Origin: Aggregatilineales bacterium
Lineage (GTDB): Bacteria > Chloroflexota > Anaerolineae > Aggregatilineales > J027
Length of the DNA: 64,000 bases
NCBI GenBank assembly: GCA_965215855.1
Contig: CBDCER010000003.1
Span: 3,574,560-3,638,559, forward strand
Direction: 5' to 3'
Part shown: one piece after another, positions 44,065 to 53,100 of the stretch
Layout: each line of letters starts with the position of its first letter
Position numbering within the stretch: the first letter of the stretch is position 1
The notes under the pieces: model-generated
Told to the model about the DNA's origin: nothing
Database searches by the model: none
What the model saw: only the letters and a program-made list of their open reading frames with translations
Translations under genes and position numbers: made by a program

Positions 44065-45126
44065 ATGTCACGTGAGGAGCTTATTCGCCTGACTGCGCTT
44101 TCCTCATGCGCGGGTTGAGCGTCCAAATTGGCCCCGGCGGCCCTGGCGCAAGTTTTGCGTCCTGTACAAGATTTGTTTGCTGCAGAGGATCACCCTGATC
44201 TTTTGGTGGGGTTGGGTGTGCCGGATGATGCTGCTGTCTATCGCCTGGACAGTGACCGCGCCTTGATCGTTACCACTGATTTTTTTACCCCTATTGTAGA
44301 TGATCCGTATCAGTACGGCGCGATTGCAGCGGCTAATGCTCTCAGTGATGTGTATGCGATGGGTGGACGCCCATTGTTGGCACTCAATATCGCTGCAATT
44401 CCGCCTGAACTGCCAGTGGACATGACAGCGGCCATCATGCGTGGTTTAGCTGAAAAAGTGCGTGAGGCTGGCGCTGTAATCGCAGGAGGGCATACGATTC
44501 AGGATAAGGAACCGAAGGTCGGGTTAGCAGCAGTCGGGATCGCTCATCCGAATAAGCTGATGCTCAAATCAGGTGCGCGTCCAGGCGATATATTGATATT
44601 AAGTAAGCCGTTGGGCACAGGAACTATCGCCACTGCCAATAAAAACGGTAAAGCAAGTGCGGCTCACCTTGCTACCGCTGTTGAGTGGATGATGCGATTG
44701 AACAAGTCGGTTGCTGAAGTCGCGGCAGATGTAGATTGCACAGTGGCAACTGACATCACTGGCTTTGGGCTTTTGGGTCACGCAACTGAAATTGCACAAT
44801 CCAGCAATATCACGCTTGAGATTGATTTTGACCGACTTCCATTTCTAGACGGCGCGATGGATTATGCACGAAACTGGATATTCCCTGGCGGCTCTACGAA
44901 TAACAAGGCGGCTTATGGTGAGAAGGTCGTATTCAGTGAGGACCTTACCGAACACGAACAAATGCTATTGTTTGATGCTCAAACCAGCGGTGGTTTGTTA
45001 ATCGCCATACCAGCCACAAAACTCGGGGACTTTGAAGCACAAATGACCCAACGTAACACTCCTTGGTGGCGAATCGGACAGGTTATTGAGCGACAGCCAT
45101 CGCTGATTCAGGTGCAGAAGAACTGA
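44065..45126 (+). CDS. selD: Selenide, water dikinase (selenophosphate synthetase) with in-frame UGA (selenocysteine) at 44116-44118
   Basis: ATG 44065 (GGAG upstream) reads MSREELIRLTALSSCAG-TGA-ASKLAPAALAQVL in frame with the track ORF 44128-45126. This aligns with E. coli SelD [23 protein letters not shown], putting TGA on catalytic Cys17 and keeping Lys20. The rest is a typical PurM-like SelD body (DDAAVYRLD...TTDFFTPIVDDPY.YG.IAA.NALSD.YAMGG.P). Confidence 0.85.
44119..44175 (+). promoter_or_regulatory. Candidate SECIS region downstream of the selD UGA
   Basis: A GC-rich segment able to form hairpins directly 3' of the UGA. Examples are CCA..GGCC-CCGGC-GGCC..TGG (about 44123-44146) and GGCGCAA-GTT-TTGCGTC (about 44145-44161). 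It was folded by eye only. Confidence 0.3.
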
Positions 45127-45132
45127 GAGGAG

Positions 45133-46280
45133 TTGGTTATGAGTACGCAGCCCTTCATGGCTTTCATCCGCCCCGGCGTCAATGAGCAGGTTATCGAAAT
45201 CAACGTGCGTAATGGCCCAGGTACGAACTATGCCATTGCGTTTCAGGCCACAACCGGACAACAAGATTTGTCAATCCTCAATGTAAGTCCTGATGACGAA
45301 GGCCGCACACAAGGCGGGAAGGTGTATCAATGGTTCCGCTTGAAATTCCCAGATAATCGAATTGGGTGGGTACGCGATGACCTAATTGATATGCGGGGGA
45401 ATGGTACGACATTTGGCTATGGAATCGTGATGGGGCGCACCTTTGCGTTTGAATTGACCCGTGCCGATGCCAATCCCCCCAGCGCCGTAAAACCATATCC
45501 GCAATAATTAATGAAGCGCTGCGACAGCACCGCGACGATACCGAGGAGCCTGATCCACCGAGTGATGAGGATGAAGAGGAACGTATCGTCAAAACTGCTT
45601 TCAACATCACTTCGGCCTTTGAAGGCGGTGGCTATTCAGCATACCAAACTTATGATCAGGGTATCATCAGCTATGGGCGTTTTCAGTTCACACTACAGTC
45701 AGGTAATCTGGCAGCAGTCATCAACCGCTATATCGCTACATCAAACAGCATGACTGCACAGGCGCTCCGCGATGATTACCAGGCACGCCTGAACATGGGT
45801 GATGCGACATTACGTCAAGATGAGCGCCTGCAAACTTTGTTGCAACAAGCTGCCGTCGAAAAGGCGATGCAAGCTGCTCAGGACGGAATTGCCTACGAAC
45901 GGTTCTGGTTGGTGGTCTATAATCTCAGCATTACACCGCGTGGTATCCAAACCCCGCTGGCCCAGGCTATGTTCTTCGATATTGGCATTCAGCATGGCAC
46001 ACAGCACGGGCTTTTTACTCGTGCTGAGAATGAGCTTGGCGTCCCCAATAAATCAAAAGTGGGCAACAATGGTGCATCTGAAACGATGTTTGCTCAACAT
46101 ATCGCTGAGATTCGCCAGGAAATTTTGTATAGGATCGCTGAACGCGACAATGTGCCAGGTGTTAAAAAACGCGCCGATTTCTGGTTGGATATGATTAACA
46201 AGGGCGACTGGAACCTCGCTGGCGACGGCAATGGTGAGTTGCTGGTGTTGGGTAAGCGGGTGCAGGTCAGAAATCCTTAA
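45133..46280 (+). CDS. SH3b-like domain + GH46 (chitosanase)-like/lysozyme-superfamily domain protein, split by an apparent 1-nt frame break
   Basis: 45133-45507 encodes an SH3_3-like domain (INVRNGPGTNYAIAF...GKVYQWFRLKFPDNRIGWVRDDLI). A conserved domain start (RIVKTAFNITSAFEGGGYSAYQTYDQGIISYGRFQFTLQSG) lies in the -1 frame, which is open from 45453. That frame has no ATG/GTG/TTG before 45750. The frames meet at a C6 run (45475-45480). Confidence 0.5.
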
Positions 46281-46311
46281 CTGCTACAGCAGTAGGTATG
46301 ATGGTGAGTAT

Positions 46312-47088
46312 ATGCCACGTATTTTAGTTGTTGATGACGATGATCTATTGCGCCCCACGATTGCTGGGGTGCTGATTGAGGCAGGGTATGATGTGTTAGA
46401 GGCAGCCGACGTGGCCGAAGCCTGGGATATTATTCGGCAGGTAACCGGCTTCGATGTCATACTCAGTGATGTTATCATGCCTAATGTGGACGGATTAACA
46501 TTTTTGAGTGAACTTCGGCAGCAATTCACTGATATTTCGGTGGTGATGCTGACGGGGCACGGCAGTGTTAACGCAGCAGTTCAGGCCATGCGCGATGGGG
46601 CTGTCAACTACTTGCTTAAACCAGCCAGCAAAGAAGCAATTTTGGAGAGTGTTGAGGAGGCTCTCAATATTCGCCGTGAACGTCAGCAGAAACAGGCGTT
46701 GATGGGGGAGGTAATGGAGGGGTTACAAAAACTTGGCCTGGTTGATGATCCGATTGCGTCGGAGGCAGATGCACTTGGGGATTTGACGGTACGCGAACTG
46801 GTAGTTGATCAACAGCGACGGATAGCTGCTTTTCGCAGACATCCGTTGGACTTGACCCCGACGGAATTTGAAATCTTATATGCGTTGATGCAGGCGCGGG
46901 GACAGGTGGTGACCTATGAAGAGATGGTACATCGGATACAGGGAATCTGGCTTGAACGTGATGAGGCCCGCAGTATGATTACTTCCCACATCAGCAACCT
47001 GCGTGCAAAGTTGCGCGAGGCAAATTGCGGCGACTACCTGATTAACAGCCGTGGACGTGGTTATTTTATCGAAATTGACGAGGTATGA
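46312..47088 (+). CDS. OmpR/PhoB-family response regulator (REC + winged-helix)
   Basis: ILVVDDDD ... VILSDVIMPNVDG ... MLTGH ... LLKP, then a Trans_reg_C-like end (LTPTEFEILYALM...G.VV.YEE....I........R.....HISNLRAKL ... GRGY). Confidence 0.85.
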   Translation: MPRILVVDDDDLLRPTIAGVLIEAGYDVLEAADVAEAWDIIRQVTGFDVILSDVIMPNVDGLTFLSELRQQFTDISVVMLTGHGSVNAAVQAMRDGAVNYLLKPASKEAILESVEEALNIRRERQQKQALMGEVMEGLQKLGLVDDPIASEADALGDLTVRELVVDQQRRIAAFRRHPLDLTPTEFEILYALMQARGQVVTYEEMVHRIQGIWLERDEARSMITSHISNLRAKLREANCGDYLINSRGRGYFIEIDEV

Positions 47089-48227
47089 GTACAGATATTC
47101 GCCCCAAAATTTTGATTGTCGATGATGAGCCGCGTAATATACGGTTGTTGAAAGGCATTTTGTATGCGGAACCCTACCATCTCCTGACAGCCACCAGTGG
47201 CCCCGAAGCGCTTCGTATTATACAAGAACATAACCCCGATTTGATCTTGCTTGATATTATGATGCCTGGCATGAGCGGCTATGACGTTTGCCAGCAGGTC
47301 AAGAGTATGCCAGCCTATCGCATGATTCCGGTCGTTATGGTGACAGCTTTGTATGAGGTCAGTGATAGAATACAAGCTATTGAAGCCGGAGCTGATGACT
47401 TTCTCAGTAAACCGGTTGATGCCACAGAGTTGTTGGTGCGCGTGCGCTCGTTGGTGCGCGTGCGGCAATTGTATGTCGAAGTCGAACGCATCACCGCTGA
47501 ACGACTGCGATTTATGGCAGGTGTAGCCCATGATATTCGCTCCCCATTGAACGCGCTGACATTGAATCTGGAAATGATTGCAGGAAACCTACCGGAAAAC
47601 GAGCAAGTCCAGGACATCTGGTCACGAGTCCCACCGTGTATTGATAGAATCCAGATGCTGGCAAGCGATATTATGAACTATTATAAGATTGAAGCTGGTC
47701 AATTTGAATTTGAGATTGGCCTTCATCAGGCACATGACGTTGTGCAGCATGTTCTGGATATTGCACAACCAATCGCTGATGAGAAACATATTGGACTTTT
47801 GGCGGGATCTGTGGATATTGTCACTGCTTATATGGATCACGGTTCTATTGTTCAGGTATTGCTCAACCTCGTGACGAATGCCATCAGCTACACCCCTGCC
47901 GACGGCAGTGTTATATTGAACGTATATGACCTCGCACACGGGCACTATCAATTGCCATTGAACCATTATCCACCAGTGTTGGCATTACCTGTAGAAGGAG
48001 TTGTATTTGAGGTGCAAGATACCGGACAAGGCATTGCCATGCAAGACTTCAACCGCGTATTCAGTGAATTTGATCGTCTGAAAGCTGATCAGGATGGGGT
48101 AGGATTGGGACTACCGGTTTCGCAACGATTAGTGCGTCTGCATGATGGCGATATCTGGTTTGCCAGCATTGTTGGGAAGGGGTCTACCTTCGCATTCTAT
48201 TTGCCAACTCAACATTCTGCAGGATGA
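47085..48227 (+). CDS. Receiver-histidine kinase fusion
   Basis: ILIVDDEPRN ... LILLDIMMPGMSGYDV (canonical Asp). H-box VAHDIRSPLNAL. N/G boxes VTNAISYTP and GVGLGLPV. The ATG overlaps the upstream stop (ATGA at 47085-47088). Confidence 0.85.
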   Translation: MSTDIRPKILIVDDEPRNIRLLKGILYAEPYHLLTATSGPEALRIIQEHNPDLILLDIMMPGMSGYDVCQQVKSMPAYRMIPVVMVTALYEVSDRIQAIEAGADDFLSKPVDATELLVRVRSLVRVRQLYVEVERITAERLRFMAGVAHDIRSPLNALTLNLEMIAGNLPENEQVQDIWSRVPPCIDRIQMLASDIMNYYKIEAGQFEFEIGLHQAHDVVQHVLDIAQPIADEKHIGLLAGSVDIVTAYMDHGSIVQVLLNLVTNAISYTPADGSVILNVYDLAHGHYQLPLNHYPPVLALPVEGVVFEVQDTGQGIAMQDFNRVFSEFDRLKADQDGVGLGLPVSQRLVRLHDGDIWFASIVGKGSTFAFYLPTQHSAG

Positions 48228-48228
48228 T

Positions 48229-50145
48229 ATGATCGAGATTCTATTCATCCTATCGCTAATTGCCGGTTGGGGATTGAGTATTCTCTATTTGCTTCGTCGG
48301 CGACTACCAGCACGGCCAATACCACTCGCAACCGACACTATTGAACATCAGCTAACTCTGGCGTTAAATACACTCTCTGGTTTCGTCCTCGAAGTCAACG
48401 CGGCTGGTGACGTCTTCAGCAGTCGTTCTTCCCGTGGTGAGACCTTTCAAGGCAATATCACCGAAATCTTTCCGCGCCCTCAAGCTCGCGTTCTGATGCG
48501 GGCTATTCAGAAAGCTGCCGAGGCAGGCTATCACGAAGGACCAATCTATACTCAAGGGAAACTTTGGTTCGAGGTCGCCGTGTCTCGATGCGAAATTCCT
48601 GCGGGACACTTTCTGCTATTGGCCCGCGACATTACAACACAGCAGCAAACTGAGCTGGAACTGGCCCGGTTTCGTGCCGTCATGGATCAGGCTGGCGAAG
48701 CTATTTTTATCACAGAGGCAGACGGTGGCTATTTCATTGATGTCAACGAAACGGCCTGTCGGATGTTGGGATATTCGCGCGGGGAACTGCTCACTATGCG
48801 GACACGCGATGTCGAAATTGCCTATCCTATTCAAACTACCGGACAGTGGCACACCCATGTCGCGGAGGTAGCGGAAGCCCAGGAACCAATCCTAACCACC
48901 GAAAATATTCTGCTACGGAAAGACGGCACAACATTTCCCGCCGAAGTGCTGGCAACACTCAAGAGCTTTCAGCACAATAACTATATCCTGACAGTTGTAC
49001 GTGACATCACTGTTCGCAAGAAGACACAAATCGAGCTGGCCCGGTTTCGCGCTGTCATGAATCGTGCTGGCGAAGCTGTTTTGATTATGGATGCCAAAGA
49101 TGGTCGTTTTATTGATATTAACGAAACGGCCTGTCGGATGTTGGGATATTCGCGCCAGGAGTTGCTCACTATGCGGGCACGCGATGTCGAGATTACTTAT
49201 CCGCTCCAGACCACCGGGCAGTGGCGTAGCCATGTGACTGAAGTTGCCCAAATGGGTGAGCCTATACTCATTTCGGAAAGCACCTTGCAACGTAAGGATG
49301 GTGGAACATTCCCAGCTGAAGTGTCGGCAGCACTGGAAACTTTTGAGGGTCAGGAATATATCTTGATGGTTGTGCGTGATATCACGGATCGGAAGCAAGC
49401 CGAACATGAATTATTAGAGGCCAAGGAAGTGGCGGAAGCGGCTAGCCGTGCAAAAAGCGCATTTCTGGCAAACACTAGCCACGAATTGCGAACGCCATTG
49501 AATTCTATCATCGGCATGTCACAGGTTTTGTTGATGCAGGCCATTGGTCCCTTGAATCCACATCAACAAGAAAATGTAGATGATATTCTATATTGTGGGC
49601 GGCATTTGCTGGCAATCATTAATGATATCCTCGACTTGAGCAAGGTTGAAAACAGCCGCCTGGAGTTGGTATTAGAGAATGTAGAGATGGCATCTTTGAT
49701 CCACGATAGCCTTGCATTGGTACATGATAAAGCCGACCAGACCCATATCACTATTCGTACTGATCTGGATGAAGATCTGCCACCATTACGTGTAGACCGT
49801 CGCCGAATTACTCAGGTTCTCTCCAATTTGTTGATAAATGCTATCAAGTTTACGCCGCAAAACGGAGAAATCGGCATTCGGCTTCAACGTGACCAGCAAT
49901 ACATTCGCACCGAGGTCTGGGATACTGGTATTGGTATTTCGCCAGAAAACCTGAAGCGGTTATTCTTACCCTTTGAGCGCCTGGAAGACGCCTTGCCTGC
50001 CCGTCACTATGAAGGTAGTGGGTTGGGTTTGGCGCTGAGTAAGCAGCTTATTGAGTTGCACGATGGTACAATCGGAGCGACCTCTGTGGGTGAAGGCCAG
50101 GGATCAACGTTTTGGTTTACATTACCTATCAGCGATGAGGGATAA
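48229..50145 (+). CDS. Membrane-anchored multi-PAS histidine kinase
   Basis: N-terminal TM (ILFILSLIAGWGLSILYLL), three PAS-like modules (two are a tandem duplicate), H-box TSHELRTPLNSIIG, and N/G boxes LINAIKFTPQNG and GSGLGLALS. The ATG is 1 nt after the upstream stop. Confidence 0.85.
   Translation: MIEILFILSLIAGWGLSILYLLRRRLPARPIPLATDTIEHQLTLALNTLSGFVLEVNAAGDVFSSRSSRGETFQGNITEIFPRPQARVLMRAIQKAAEAGYHEGPIYTQGKLWFEVAVSRCEIPAGHFLLLARDITTQQQTELELARFRAVMDQAGEAIFITEADGGYFIDVNETACRMLGYSRGELLTMRTRDVEIAYPIQTTGQWHTHVAEVAEAQEPILTTENILLRKDGTTFPAEVLATLKSFQHNNYILTVVRDITVRKKTQIELARFRAVMNRAGEAVLIMDAKDGRFIDINETACRMLGYSRQELLTMRARDVEITYPLQTTGQWRSHVTEVAQMGEPILISESTLQRKDGGTFPAEVSAALETFEGQEYILMVVRDITDRKQAEHELLEAKEVAEAASRAKSAFLANTSHELRTPLNSIIGMSQVLLMQAIGPLNPHQQENVDDILYCGRHLLAIINDILDLSKVENSRLELVLENVEMASLIHDSLALVHDKADQTHITIRTDLDEDLPPLRVDRRRITQVLSNLLINAIKFTPQNGEIGIRLQRDQQYIRTEVWDTGIGISPENLKRLFLPFERLEDALPARHYEGSGLGLALSKQLIELHDGTIGATSVGEGQGSTFWFTLPISDEG
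48661..49410 (+). repeat. Intragenic tandem duplication of a 375-bp PAS-encoding unit
   Basis: CTGGCCCGGTTTCG recurs at 48661 and 49036 (period 375 bp = 125 codons). Long identical runs are shared, for example AACGAAACGGCCTGTCGGATGTTGGGATATTCGCGC. The encoded units are roughly two-thirds identical by eye. Confidence 0.8.
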
Positions 50146-53100
50146 TGCAAAAACAGCCACAGGATGATCTTCGAGGGCAGATCGTCAAGAACTACCGGAT
50201 TGATGAATTGATCGGCTCTGGTGGAACCAGTGTGGTTTATCGTGCCTACCAATCCGTCATTGAACGTGAAGTCGCCATTAAAGTCATTTTGCCCGCCTAC
50301 GCCAATCACGTGGAGTTCATCCGGCGCTTTGAACGCGAAGCCAGGATTATTGCCCGGCTCGAACATCCTTATATCGTCCCTCTCTACGACTATTGGCGCG
50401 AACCTGGCGGGGCGTATTTGGTTATGCGTTTGTTGCGAGGCGGGAGTTTGGCAGATCGCATCGTACAGGGACCATTATCACTTGAAACTGTTGCCCAAAT
50501 TCTGGAGCAGGTCGCAGATGCGTTAACAACAGCACACCAAAACAATATCGTTCATCACGATTTGAAGCCCAGCAACCTCTTGATGGACGAACAAGACCAT
50601 GTCTTTCTGGCCGATTTCGGAATCGCCAGAAATGTTCAGCAAGATGACTCTTCTGAGATAGAATTGCTGGGGTCTATCGCTTATCTCTCTCCAGAACAGA
50701 TACACCGCCAACCACCGACCCGGCACAGTGACATATTTAGCCTCGGTCTCATCGTGTATGAAATGCTCACTGGCAAGCATCCATTTCCCGATACTGATCG
50801 CAGTAGCTTGATGCTTCACCTGCTAAAAATCCCGTTGCCTTTGCTGCAAGGCGAGATAGCGCGTCTCAATCCAGTAATACAACAGGCGACTGCTAAGACA
50901 CCCGAAGACCGTTTTGAAAATTCCCAGGCGCTGGCTCATGCCTTTCGTCAGGCACTAGGTGGGGATAGTCATCCAGCCACCATCGACACAGTTTCGACGA
51001 CCGTTATTCGCAATCCCTACAAAGGTTTGCACGCTTTTCAAGAAGCTGATGCTGGTGATTTTTTTGGGCGCGAGCGTTTGGTTGAGCAGTTATTACAACA
51101 CCTCGATACGGATTATGGCCCACAACTTCTGGCAGTAGTTGGTCCCAGCGGCAGCGGTAAATCTAGCGTAGTCAGGGCTGGTTTGATTCCAGCTTTGCGT
51201 GGTGGTGCATTACCTGGAACTGATCGGTGGTTAGTGGCAGAGATGTCGCCAGGCGACAATCCATTTCAAGAACTGGCAGCAGCATTGCTTCATATTGCCG
51301 TCCATCCGGTTGAGAATCTTCTGGAGCAGATACAGAAAGACCCTGCTGGGCTGATGTGCGCTATAGACCATATGTTGCCCGATGATGATACTGAGTTGTT
51401 GCTGTTTATTGACCAGTTCGAAGAGTTATTTACGCTGGCCGAAGACGAGGTAACACGACAGCATTTTTTGAATACCCTTGTCACGACTGTGACGAAACCT
51501 TTCAGCCGGGTTCATGTGGTTCTATGTTTGCGGGCTGATTTCTATGACCTTCCATTGCAATACCCGGAATTCGCCACTGCGATGCGACCACACACCGAAA
51601 TTGTTATCCCTATGACATTAGATGAATTGGAGCAGGCCATCGTTGGCCCCGCTACCCAGCGCGGACTAATATTGGATCTAGGTTTGGTAGCAACTATCAT
51701 CAAGGATGTACGGGAGCAACCCGGCACTTTGCCCTTGCTTCAATATGCACTAACTGAATTGTTTGAACACCGTCGGGGCAACCAACTTACATTGGCATCG
51801 TATCAGAGCATTGCTGGGGTATCGGGGTCATTGGCACGGCGAGCCGAGACAATTTACGCAGTATTGCTTCCCACTGAGCAAGATGCAGCACGTCAGGTAT
51901 TTCTGCGATTAGTCACATTAGGAGAAGGAACCGAAGATACCCGTCGGCGAGTTCAACATTCAGAACTTGCCTCCATCAGCATTGAATCCACCAGCCTGGA
52001 GCGTGTACTGGAACTATTTGGGCGCTATCGCCTATTAACTTTCGATCATGAACCGTCTACGCGTGTGCCCACTGTTGAGATTGCTCACGAGGCGCTGATT
52101 AAAACATGGGGGCGTTTCTGGGGTTGGATTAATGACAGTCGGGACGACTTACGGTTGCATCGGCGACTAGCAGTTGCTACTGGTGAATGGTTGAACGCAG
52201 GCCGCGATACGAGTTTCCTGGCCGCTGGTGTGCGCTTAGAGCAATTTGACCGCTGGGCGTCCGCTACACCGTTGGTTTTGACAGAATATGAGCGTCAATA
52301 TTTGCAGGCCAGCACTGTTGAGGAGACAAAACAACGCACACTGGAAATGGAGCGTAAAGCGCGCGAGGCTGTTTTGGAACGCCGTTCACAATACCGATTG
52401 CGGGCGTTGGTTATGCTGATGGTCGTCGCCGTCGTCATTGCCTTTATATTGATGACCTGGGCACTGAATGAGCGAGCGAGCGCCAAAAGTAATGCTGATA
52501 ATGCAGCAACCGGCGCGGCAATTGCTCGGCGTAGTTCTGAAGAATCGCAAAGTCTGGCGTGGGCAACGTCGGCGCGGCAGTCACTTCGGGACAATAACCC
52601 GGATTTAGCGATTGTCCTGGCTTTGGAGGCTAATCGCATTGACCAACCACCTTTTCAAGCCCAGCAGGCTTTGGCCGAAGCCGTATATTCTGCCGGAACC
52701 GTTCGCCGCTATGTTTTTCCATACTTCCAGATCAATATGACCAGTTTTGCAGTTGGGCCAGATGGTCGGACTTTACTGATCGGGCACAGTGATCGCACTT
52801 TGCGGTTGTGGGACATGGAGACTGGGCAAGAAATCCGAGAGTTTCCGGGGCACGATGCGCTAGTCTATAGCCTGGCATATAGCTCAGGCGGGCGCACGGC
52901 CATCGCAGGAACTGGCAATGGCATATTGATCGTATGGGATGTGGTGACGGGGGCGGAAATTATTCGATTGCTGGGGCATCAAGATCCAATCAGTGCTATT
53001 CGTTATGCTCCATCTGGCCGGCAAGTTGCTTCTGCGTCACGTCGTGGTGAGATTATTCTGTGGAACCTGGACGATGGCGATCAACTGGCGGCTTTCTCCG

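Noticed and set aside
44128-45126. selD starting at TTG 44128, as in the ORF track
   Set aside because: That start would remove the conserved glycine-rich loop, including the catalytic Cys/Sec and Lys residues. These are encoded in frame just upstream, interrupted only by TGA.
45511-45753. 80-aa ORF between the SH3-like ORF and the GH46-like ORF
   Set aside because: The conserved protein sequence (FEGGGYSAYQTYDQGIISYGRFQF) is in a different frame across the same bases, so this ORF is a by-product of the frame break.
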